DNA of 64,000 nucleotides from a virus, in IMG/VR virus record IMGVR_UViG_3300035070_003385, positions 96,001-160,000 of that record, one strand, 5' to 3'. The notes beneath the pieces were generated by a model. It did not search any database, had not been told where the DNA came from, and saw only the letters and a list, made by a program, of their open reading frames with translations. A program made the position numbers and the translations under genes. Within the stretch, counting starts at the first letter, position 1. The number at the start of each line of letters is the position of its first letter. Positions 18,235 through 26,374 of the stretch are shown piece by piece.

Positions 18235-18770
18235 AAATAGTAATCACTGGCCATACGAGTGGTCTTGGAAAAACATTGTATGAAACCTTTTCAAAAAATC
18301 ATGAAGTCGTAGGATTGAGTCGAGCAACTGGTAATGATTTAAATGATGGTGTTAATTCTTTTTTAATAAATGATTTTGATTTATATATTAATAATGCGCA
18401 TTGTAAATACTTTCAAACAGATCTTTTATATGAATTGTTTAAAAAAAATAAATATAGAGAGTGCACAATACTTAATATTGGAAGTGTAAGTGCTGACGGT
18501 AATAAAGACACAGTTAACGAATATGCCATTTATAAATCCTCTCTTGAAAAGGCATGTTCGCAGCTGCAGCTTATTGACACTGATTGCAAAATAATTCATA
18601 TGAAGCTAGGAAGAATGAATACTCCTATGACTGAGCACAGAAAAGAATATCCTAGGATGGGAACCGATTACATAACTAATATTATCGAATGGATTGTGAA
18701 TCAGCCAAAAGAAATAATAATAAAAAATTTGACATTAGATATAATGCACAGTAGAAGGAAACTTGTATAA
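18231..18770 (+). CDS. short-chain dehydrogenase/reductase (compact SDR)
   Basis: ITGHTSGLG, NNAH, NIGS, YAIYK (YxxxK). Confidence 0.75.
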   Translation: MKIVITGHTSGLGKTLYETFSKNHEVVGLSRATGNDLNDGVNSFLINDFDLYINNAHCKYFQTDLLYELFKKNKYRECTILNIGSVSADGNKDTVNEYAIYKSSLEKACSQLQLIDTDCKIIHMKLGRMNTPMTEHRKEYPRMGTDYITNIIEWIVNQPKEIIIKNLTLDIMHSRRKLV

Positions 18771-19447
18771 TGATACCAATTTTTATGGGATACGATAAAA
18801 GAGAAGCAACTGCGTATCATGTTTGTGCTAACTCTATTATTCGTCATGCAACATCCCCAATAAGTTTAAATCCTTTATCACTTAATCTCTTAAATGGTTA
18901 CGAAGAAAAACATTCTGATGGCAGTAATCATTTTATATATAGTCGATTTCTTATTCCACATTTAATGGAATATAAAGGCTGGGCAATTTTTATTGACGGG
19001 GATATGATATTACGTGATGACATATCAAAGCTTTGGGAAATGCGAGACGAATCAAAAGCAGTCATGGTAGTAAAGCATGACTATAAAACTAAAACAGCTA
19101 AAAAATATTTAGGATCAAAAAACGAAGATTACCCTCGAAAAAATTGGTCAAGTGTAATTTTATGGAACTGTGAACATCCTGAAAATAGAATTGTTACTAC
19201 AGATTTTGTTTCAAATGCAACTGGCGCACAAGTTCACAGATTTACATGGTTAGAAGATAATTTAATTGGTGAATTGCCTATTGAATGGAATTGGCTGCCA
19301 GACGAATTTGGTCCAAATAAAAATGCTAAACTATTACATTACACTTTAGGTACTCCGTGTTTTCACGACTTTGCAACAACGTCTATGGCAGATGAATGGC
19401 ACCGCGAAAGAATATATATGGATTACAGTCAACAATACGGATTATGA
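18770..19447 (+). CDS. GT-A glycosyltransferase (CDI-like)
   Basis: IFMGYDKRE, FIYSRFLIP, IFIDGDM (DxD), YPRKNWSSV, LHYTLGTP. Confidence 0.75.
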   Translation: MIPIFMGYDKREATAYHVCANSIIRHATSPISLNPLSLNLLNGYEEKHSDGSNHFIYSRFLIPHLMEYKGWAIFIDGDMILRDDISKLWEMRDESKAVMVVKHDYKTKTAKKYLGSKNEDYPRKNWSSVILWNCEHPENRIVTTDFVSNATGAQVHRFTWLEDNLIGELPIEWNWLPDEFGPNKNAKLLHYTLGTPCFHDFATTSMADEWHRERIYMDYSQQYGL

Positions 19448-19453
19448 TATATT

Positions 19454-19963
19454 ATGAAAGAAGTATTTGAAGGTAAAACAGTTTCTGTTGTTGGCAATGC
19501 AAGAAGTTTGTTTAATAAAAAATACGGAAATGAAATAGATTCTGCAGATGTAGTTTGTAGGATTAAAAGAGGGTTTTTTCTACTCAAACCATCTGATATT
19601 ATTTCACATGGTGCAAAAACGAATGTTTGGTTTTTAAACTGGTTTAAAACAATGAATCCGAACAAAGTAACCAATAAAAAATGTGATAATATTATTGAAA
19701 TTTTACATCATCCTGAAATAAATAAAGAGTGGTTAGTAAAAGATTTAGGCCACCACCGCCCGTCAACTGGGTTAAGAATATTACATTTAATATCTTTATA
19801 TAACCCAAAGACTGTAAATGTTTACGGTTTTGATTGGAAAGAAACCCCATCGTTTCATGATAAAAAAATGATTGATGAAAGACATAATTTTGCCTTAGAA
19901 AAAGATTATTGTAATAGGCGGTTTTTTGAAAAACAAAAAGAGGTTTTTAAATTAAGAAAATGA
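19454..19963 (+). CDS. GT29-like glycosyltransferase, copy 2
   Basis: VSVVGNA..EIDSADVVCRI; PSTGL..VNVYGFDW. Confidence 0.72.
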   Translation: MKEVFEGKTVSVVGNARSLFNKKYGNEIDSADVVCRIKRGFFLLKPSDIISHGAKTNVWFLNWFKTMNPNKVTNKKCDNIIEILHHPEINKEWLVKDLGHHRPSTGLRILHLISLYNPKTVNVYGFDWKETPSFHDKKMIDERHNFALEKDYCNRRFFEKQKEVFKLRK

Positions 19964-20520
19964 AAGAATGGTTTGAAGAAAAAACTGTTGCTGTAGTTGG
20001 AAACTCTATGGGACTGTTCAGTAAAAAATATGGAAACGAAATTGATTCGCACGACGTTGTAGTACGCTTAAATAAGGCGGCTATGTTATACACGAGAATG
20101 AATGTTCCGCTGAGTCATGGAAGTAAAAGTGACATTTGGGTGTTTTGGAATACTTCCGAATATAAGTTATTCTTTGAAAAAATACCAAAACATGTTAAAA
20201 AAATGCATGCGGGTCATCAGGCCAGGACTCCTAGTAATCTTAGCAAAGTAGATTTTGTGTACCCAGATTCTTTATATAAACACTTGAAGTTAAAATCAGG
20301 TAAACATAAAAATCCTACAACAGGTTTAATTACATTAGATTATATATCAACGTGCAATCCAAAAAGTGTTACCGTTTATGGGTTTGATTGGAAAGAAACC
20401 GCAACGTTTACAGATCCAGAAAGGAAAAGAGAACGTGGATGTCCGCATGATTATCCTGTAGAAAAGGAATATTGTATGACAACATTTTTTTCGAAGAATA
20501 ACTTTACTTTAAAAATCTAA
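19960..20520 (+). CDS. GT29-like glycosyltransferase, copy 3
   Basis: VAVVGNS..EIDSHDVVVRLN; PTTGL..VTVYGFDW. Confidence 0.75.
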   Translation: MKEWFEEKTVAVVGNSMGLFSKKYGNEIDSHDVVVRLNKAAMLYTRMNVPLSHGSKSDIWVFWNTSEYKLFFEKIPKHVKKMHAGHQARTPSNLSKVDFVYPDSLYKHLKLKSGKHKNPTTGLITLDYISTCNPKSVTVYGFDWKETATFTDPERKRERGCPHDYPVEKEYCMTTFFSKNNFTLKI

Positions 20521-20532
20521 TATCATCAATAT

Positions 20533-20540
20533 TATAAATA
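20533..20540 (+). promoter_or_regulatory. T4-type late promoter
   Basis: TATAAATA upstream of ORF 20572. Confidence 0.7.
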
Positions 20541-20571
20541 AAATATAATTCATATGACCTAGGGGTATTTC

Positions 20572-22860
20572 ATGGTTGAGAAGAAAAAAAATAAAAAAGA
20601 TCTTAAAAAAATAAAAGATCATAATCCTAGTGATTATATTGAAACAAAGCCAACTATGTCCGAGGCTTTGAAGAAAACTGTGGTTATAACTTTTGGTAGG
20701 TTTAACCCTATTACAGTTGGACACGAAAAATTAATAAACAAAGTAATAACAGAAGCTGTAAAGCGCAAGGCTGATGCTGCAGTTTATATGTCACATTCTC
20801 AAGATTCAAAAAAGAACCCTATGAGTTATAATCAAAAAATATCTCTTGGGCAAAAAGCTTTTGGCGGAATTGTAAAAAAATCACCAGCAAAAACAATCAT
20901 TGAAGTAGCTAAAGAATTATCTAAAAAATATAATAATTTTGTACTTGTTGTTGGGTCTGATAGAGTTAAAGAATTTGAAGTTCTTTTGAAAAAATATAAT
21001 GAATTAGATTATACTTTTGAAAATATCGAAATAGTTTCTGCTGGTGAAAGAGATCCTGATTCTGACGGCGTGTCCGGAATGTCAGCATCAAAGATGCGAC
21101 AGTCAGCTGCAAAAGGAAATATTGTTTCTTTTAAACAGGGGTTGCCTAAAAAGTTAAAAATATCCGCAGTGTCTATAATGAACATGGTTCGTAAAGGTAT
21201 GAATATTACAGAAGAACTTGAAGAGCAAAATCTTTCAGAAAGAGAACCGCTTTCAATTCAACAAAGACGTAAAAAAGCTTTGGTAATGAGAAAGTATAAA
21301 ACAAAAATAAAAATGGCTCGTGAAAGATCCAAAAGAAAAATGGCCCCAAAAGAAAAGTTATTAAAAAGATCTAGAAAAGCAGCTCTTAATTTTATGAAAG
21401 ATAGATTATCTAAAAATAAAAAGTATTCTCAAATGTCTACCGCAGAAAAAATTACTTTAGATAGAAGATTGCAAAAAATTCCTGGCAAAACAATAGATCG
21501 TATTGCGTCTCGTCTTTTACCTAAAGTTAGAGCCGCCGAAAAAGAACGTCTTGCTGGTGTTTTAAATCCAAAAAAGAATGAAGATGTTTATGATATAAAC
21601 AATATGTTTGAACTATTTTTAGAATCAAAATCAATAAAACCTCAAGATCCTGATGTAAAAGATATGCCTGGTTCACAGCCAAAGGGTTATTACAAAGGTG
21701 TTGAAAAAGATAAAAAAGATGATAGAGCTAGACATTTTGCCAAGTACGGTAAAATGGACGATGATAATCCTGATGCATATAAACCAGCACCTGGTGATAA
21801 AGAAGCTAAAACAAAACCGTCTGTTCATACAAAAAAATTTAAAGATATGTTTGGCGAAGCTATACACGCTGATATACCAATTCGCAAAAGACCGCATATG
21901 GCTTTAGAAAAAAACGGCTCTGTTAAATTTGACAAGCGGTTTAAAATATTCAAGCCAAAAGAAGACACTGTAAGTGAAACCTACGAGGACTTTGGCGAAG
22001 ATATATCAAAACTTATTTCTGGTATGAGTGATTTTATTATGTCTGAAGAATTTGATGTTTTAATGGAATCAAATCCAAAAGCAGCACTTAAGAAAAAAGC
22101 AGAAAAAACCGGAATATCATATGGTATATTAAAAACAGTTTTTGATAGGGGGGTCGCTGCCTGGAGAACAGGTCATCGCCCAGGAACAAACCCAACACAA
22201 TGGGGGTTTGCCAGAGTTAATTCGTTTGCTACCAAAGGTAAAGGAACCTGGGGAAAAGCAGACAAAGACTTAGCTGACAAAGTTAGAAAGGAACAGTTTG
22301 ATTTGGCAACAGGACAAGAGCAACTCTTAAACCTTGATGAACAAATTATGCTAAATAAAATTCTTGAAAAAATACATAATCATATTTTAAATGGCGAAAA
22401 ATTAAAAGACGTAATTGAAGAAATTGAAACTCTTGCGAATATTGGAATTCCAGGGCGCCGTCTAGAAACAGAATATTTTAAAAAATATAATAACGAGCAT
22501 GCAGATCTTACACAAAATGAAGACACTGAAAGTTTATTAAAAAGAAATCAACTTCTTAAAAAATATGGATATAAAGTTGAGGCAAAAGACGAAAAAGATT
22601 CTCCATCGAAAAGAGAATACGGTACTGATGCTTTAACAAAAAAATATAAAGAAGATACTCCAGGGCAAGAAATTGAAGAAGCAGCATTAAATGCAAATAT
22701 ATACCGTGGTGATGTAATAAAGTTTATGCATACTTATGTGACTGGCGAAAAAGATGAATTAGAAGGAACCCTTGTAGGAACCGATTCAGAAACAGGGCGC
22801 GCAAAAATAAGAACAGGGGACGGTAAATTGTATATCGTAAAACACGATGAAATCATTTAA
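20572..22860 (+). CDS. multidomain protein: N-terminal cytidylyltransferase-like (HxGH) domain plus several small basic modules
   Basis: TFGRFNPITVGHEKL, VVGSDR, MSASKMR; later modules e.g. ALKKKAEKTGISYGILKTVFDRGVAAW. Confidence 0.7.
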   Translation: MVEKKKNKKDLKKIKDHNPSDYIETKPTMSEALKKTVVITFGRFNPITVGHEKLINKVITEAVKRKADAAVYMSHSQDSKKNPMSYNQKISLGQKAFGGIVKKSPAKTIIEVAKELSKKYNNFVLVVGSDRVKEFEVLLKKYNELDYTFENIEIVSAGERDPDSDGVSGMSASKMRQSAAKGNIVSFKQGLPKKLKISAVSIMNMVRKGMNITEELEEQNLSEREPLSIQQRRKKALVMRKYKTKIKMARERSKRKMAPKEKLLKRSRKAALNFMKDRLSKNKKYSQMSTAEKITLDRRLQKIPGKTIDRIASRLLPKVRAAEKERLAGVLNPKKNEDVYDINNMFELFLESKSIKPQDPDVKDMPGSQPKGYYKGVEKDKKDDRARHFAKYGKMDDDNPDAYKPAPGDKEAKTKPSVHTKKFKDMFGEAIHADIPIRKRPHMALEKNGSVKFDKRFKIFKPKEDTVSETYEDFGEDISKLISGMSDFIMSEEFDVLMESNPKAALKKKAEKTGISYGILKTVFDRGVAAWRTGHRPGTNPTQWGFARVNSFATKGKGTWGKADKDLADKVRKEQFDLATGQEQLLNLDEQIMLNKILEKIHNHILNGEKLKDVIEEIETLANIGIPGRRLETEYFKKYNNEHADLTQNEDTESLLKRNQLLKKYGYKVEAKDEKDSPSKREYGTDALTKKYKEDTPGQEIEEAALNANIYRGDVIKFMHTYVTGEKDELEGTLVGTDSETGRAKIRTGDGKLYIVKHDEII

Positions 22861-23152
22861 ACAACATATAAAAAATACTCCAAATTTAAAAGAGCAACAT
22901 TCAAACTGTGGTACTCAACAGTGTTGTGGTAAATGCAGCACTGCAGTTACAGAAGGCTCAGAAACTTGGGAAGCTGGTTATAAGCGTAGAGTAGTCAAAA
23001 CTACAAAACCAGAGCACAAAGAAAAAGGTATGAATTGGAGAATTAAAGGTAAAGACCGTCCTGAAATTTCCATTAAATTGTATAAAGAAAAACCTTCCCA
23101 GGAAGAATTCAACAAACAAATGAAACGTGTTGCAGGACACGAGTTCGGATGA
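22847..23152 (+). CDS. hypothetical, capsid-targeting-like N-terminus
   Basis: MKSFKQHIKNTPNLKE; Cys cluster CGTQQCCGKC. Confidence 0.65.
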   Translation: MKSFKQHIKNTPNLKEQHSNCGTQQCCGKCSTAVTEGSETWEAGYKRRVVKTTKPEHKEKGMNWRIKGKDRPEISIKLYKEKPSQEEFNKQMKRVAGHEFG

Positions 23153-23715
23153 AAAGATTTAAGCAATACATATCAGAAGAAACAGAAACACTTAATGAAA
23201 GCGCACTTAAAGCTTTACGGGTTGCTACTAAAGCCCATTCAGGACAGACACGTAAAAGCGGTGGTAAATATATTGAGCATCCAAAAGAAGTTGCTCGGTT
23301 CGTACAAAAGTTTAAAAAATCAAACAATCTTTCGGCGTTAGTACAGGCGGCTTATCTACACGATACTATTGAAGATACTGATACAACATATGATGATTTG
23401 GTTAAACAGTTTGGTGCTCTTATAGCTGATATGGTTCAGGAATTAACAACTGATAAAGCTGCATCTGATGCAATTGGTAAAGGTGAATATATTGCCAATA
23501 AGATGGCTAAAATGTCAAGTTGGTCATTAGTTATTAAACTCGCAGATAGATTAGCAAACGTACAAGACATTGATACACGGCCTGCAGATTTTCAAAAGAA
23601 ATATGCTGCACAGACTGCGCTTGCTATTAAACGTCTTCGTAGTGATAGATATTTAAGTAAAACACATAATAAAATCATATCAGCTATTGAGAAAAAAATT
23701 AAAGAATATGTATAG
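23149..23715 (+). CDS. HD-domain small alarmone hydrolase (Mesh1/SpoT hydrolase-like)
   Basis: AHSGQTRKSGGKYIEHP, AYLHDTIEDT, IKLADRLAN; N-terminus MKRFKQYISEE. Confidence 0.88.
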   Translation: MKRFKQYISEETETLNESALKALRVATKAHSGQTRKSGGKYIEHPKEVARFVQKFKKSNNLSALVQAAYLHDTIEDTDTTYDDLVKQFGALIADMVQELTTDKAASDAIGKGEYIANKMAKMSSWSLVIKLADRLANVQDIDTRPADFQKKYAAQTALAIKRLRSDRYLSKTHNKIISAIEKKIKEYV

Positions 23716-24001
23716 TTTCAAACAATATATTTCCGAAGGTATCATGGTTAAACTGATTCGTGGTAAAGGCCAGGATACTTTAAAAATGAGAGACACTAAA
23801 GAAAAAAGTTGGGTTGAATTACGAGGTAAACCTAATTTTGAAACTAAATATGATAAAAGAGATCCATTACATAAAGCAATTACAGCATTAGGTAAATCGG
23901 CAAATATATCTGATTTTATGAACGGTGATGAAGTCAGTATTAATCCAAACCATCCTGACGGTAAAAAGGCATTGGCAGCAATGAAGAAGTTAATGAAATG
24001 A
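23708..24001 (+). CDS. hypothetical, capsid-targeting-like N-terminus
   Basis: MYSFKQYISEG. Confidence 0.65.
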   Translation: MYSFKQYISEGIMVKLIRGKGQDTLKMRDTKEKSWVELRGKPNFETKYDKRDPLHKAITALGKSANISDFMNGDEVSINPNHPDGKKALAAMKKLMK

Positions 24002-24306
24002 AAAATTTTAAAAAATTCTTAGAAGAAAAAGATCCTCGATTGGCGAAGGCTGGAGTGGATGGTTATAATAAACCAAAAAGAACTCCTAGTCATCCTACTA
24101 AAAGTCATATTGTCGTTGCTAAAGACGGTAATAAAATTAAAACTATTAGATTTGGTGAGCAAGGCGCATCCACTGCCGGTGATCCAAAAAAAGGTGAATC
24201 TGATAGAATGAAGGCTAAGAGAAAATCGTTTAAAGCACGCCATGCTAAAAATATCGCTAAAGGTAAAATGTCTGGGGCATATTGGGCAGATAAAGAAAAG
24301 TGGTAA
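23998..24306 (+). CDS. small basic conserved viral protein, capsid-targeting-like N-terminus
   Basis: MKNFKKFLEE; KTIRFGEQG, RKSFKARH, YWA motifs. Confidence 0.7.
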   Translation: MKNFKKFLEEKDPRLAKAGVDGYNKPKRTPSHPTKSHIVVAKDGNKIKTIRFGEQGASTAGDPKKGESDRMKAKRKSFKARHAKNIAKGKMSGAYWADKEKW

Positions 24307-24356
24307 TTTAAATTTGATAAATATTAACAGTAATCAGGAACAAAGGTCTAAAACAA

Positions 24357-24575
24357 ATGAAAAGTTTTAAGCAATTTACACTTAATGAAAAAGTCAAGGT
24401 TGAATGCCCTAAATGTGATGGTGCTGGCTGTGATCATTGTGACGGTAAAGGTTATCACGCCGAACCTGAGCTTAACGAGTTATCCGCCGAAGAAAAAAAA
24501 CTTGTTAATCAAATGTACGATAAAAAGGGTAACTTAACACCACTTGGTAAAAAAGTTATGAACTATAATAAATAA
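24357..24575 (+). CDS. small DnaJ-type zinc-finger protein, capsid-targeting-like N-terminus
   Basis: MKSFKQFTLNE; CPKCDGAGCDHCDGKG. Confidence 0.6.
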   Translation: MKSFKQFTLNEKVKVECPKCDGAGCDHCDGKGYHAEPELNELSAEEKKLVNQMYDKKGNLTPLGKKVMNYNK

Positions 24576-24604
24576 ATTAAACCCAAATAAGGAGAATAAA
24601 AACA

Positions 24605-24919
24605 ATGGCACTTTGGGGAAAAACAGACGCATTAGCTTCAGTACCAACATGGTTGGAAGATGCTGCAGCTAACACAAACAAATCAAATGATCGTGATAAC
24701 GCGATATTTGTTGACACAGGAGAAGCTGGTGTCGCAGGAAACCGCGCAAAAGGTATTAAAACGCCAGGTTGGAATATTTATTATACTTACACAGATCAAA
24801 ACGGCGCTACACGCCATAAAAACGAAGCACTTATACCAATGAAAGTTTCAGCCGGTGATGCTGGTGATTTAGGTGTTGCTGGTACTGGTGATGACTCTGT
24901 TGTAGCTGACCCAGCTTAA
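24605..24919 (+). CDS. probable virion protein
   Basis: MALWGKTD start and KTPGW..Y..Y motif common in marine T4-like phages; AGGAG RBS; TAATAAATA upstream. Confidence 0.55.
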   Translation: MALWGKTDALASVPTWLEDAAANTNKSNDRDNAIFVDTGEAGVAGNRAKGIKTPGWNIYYTYTDQNGATRHKNEALIPMKVSAGDAGDLGVAGTGDDSVVADPA

Positions 24920-24936
24920 TTAAAGAAATATACATT

Positions 24937-25311
24937 ATGAAATTGACAGAATCAACCTTTCTATTATATGCTGCAAAATACTATGAAAATCCGCATTGCT
25001 CGGATATATCTGAGTTTGAAGAAGATCTAAAAAGATTGCAATACTTAAGAAAACTTTTTAGTAGATTTAAACAAACTGGAGAACTTAAAGAAAGGTTGAT
25101 TCTAAATCATTTGATTATTTTATATAATTGTTTTGGCACTGAAACAACAAATATATTGTTTATGAAGTTAGAGGAATACCACGAGTATTTGAAGCCTTTT
25201 GTGGCATACTTAAATTTTATGCCAGAATTTATTGAATATGAAGATGAAAAAATTCATAATCGTCATTTTAGATCAAATGAATTTATAGAAGAAATTTTAA
25301 GGAAAATATAA
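24937..25311 (+). CDS. conserved T4-like hypothetical protein
   Basis: YAAKYYENP, EFEEDLKR, ERLILNHLIILYNCFG. Confidence 0.75.
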   Translation: MKLTESTFLLYAAKYYENPHCSDISEFEEDLKRLQYLRKLFSRFKQTGELKERLILNHLIILYNCFGTETTNILFMKLEEYHEYLKPFVAYLNFMPEFIEYEDEKIHNRHFRSNEFIEEILRKI

Positions 25312-25312
25312 A

Positions 25313-26374
25313 GTGGTAGTAGATCTATTCTTAGTTTATCAATTTATCCGTAGATTAGCTACGCCATTTGAAAAGTGGCCTGCTTACGAAGCAGGGGTTA
25401 TAGATAAAAAAGGAAATATACTCAAAGGAAAAAACCAAAGAAATTTAAAATCTGAAAAAGATTCATTTGGTATTTTTGATTTGATGATATTAAAAATCAA
25501 AAAGCTTTTAGCTAAACTACCAGGCGGATCATCAAATTTTGCTTCCTATGCCGCAGCGCTGTTTCTCATAAAAGAATGGAAACATTTTACTAATGATAGC
25601 ATGCTTAATGAATCTATTTCTGAAGAGAATATTGACCAGTCACTGGATTTGTTTTTTAGTAGATATAATCATTATAACACACTTTCAGAAAATGTCAATA
25701 GTTTTTTAGATGAAAAACTTAAAAAATCAGATGATATGGGTACATGGATTAAAGATTTTTATGACTCAGATGCTCCTCAATTCAAAGGTAAATCAAAAGC
25801 AAAACGCCGGCAAATGGCCGTTGCTGCAAAACTTGACGCTATGGATGAAGCACGAAAACTACAACCTCCTAAATGGAAAAAGGCTGGACCCAATGGAGAA
25901 AAAGAAATTACTTTTCCGACTGGCCGTCGCTTTAAGATAGAAAAACAATATGATGAAAATATTCGTCATAAGGGTGAGTGGAAAGTAATGGAATGGGATC
26001 CTCGCTCTCGTGATTGGGAATGGCATGAAACATTTAGTCCACAATGGTATGCGAAAGAAAAAGTAATGGAACTAGGTAAATATGATTCCAAAGGTAAAAA
26101 AGTTACTGAGTCAGCAATTAATATGCGTACTTTAAAACTTATCAATAAAATTAAAAAGTCCGGTGTTGTAAAATCCGGTTCTATGTCAAAAAATGTAAAC
26201 ACAAAACCGACGATGAAAGAAGAACCAACAAATAGCGTTGGATCTGGCGCTGTTGCTGGTTTAGGCGTTGGTCCACAGGGAGAGCCAGGATTGACTCCTG
26301 CTCAAATGAAAAAGTATAAAAAGAAAAACAAAGGTCCAAAAAGACTAAGGGATATTATAGGAGCGAATACATGA
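25313..26374 (+). CDS. T4 gp30.3-like N-terminal domain extended by extra modules
   Basis: YQFIRRLATPFEKWPAYEAGVIDKKG resembles T4 30.3 as recalled; GTG start. Confidence 0.55.
   Translation: MVVDLFLVYQFIRRLATPFEKWPAYEAGVIDKKGNILKGKNQRNLKSEKDSFGIFDLMILKIKKLLAKLPGGSSNFASYAAALFLIKEWKHFTNDSMLNESISEENIDQSLDLFFSRYNHYNTLSENVNSFLDEKLKKSDDMGTWIKDFYDSDAPQFKGKSKAKRRQMAVAAKLDAMDEARKLQPPKWKKAGPNGEKEITFPTGRRFKIEKQYDENIRHKGEWKVMEWDPRSRDWEWHETFSPQWYAKEKVMELGKYDSKGKKVTESAINMRTLKLINKIKKSGVVKSGSMSKNVNTKPTMKEEPTNSVGSGAVAGLGVGPQGEPGLTPAQMKKYKKKNKGPKRLRDIIGANT

Noticed and set aside
11357-20520. Island as a DNA-hypermodification cluster
   Set aside because: No hydroxymethylase, preQ0/queuosine or base-modifying genes nearby, and a late-promoter context; not excluded, but less supported than virion or surface glycosylation
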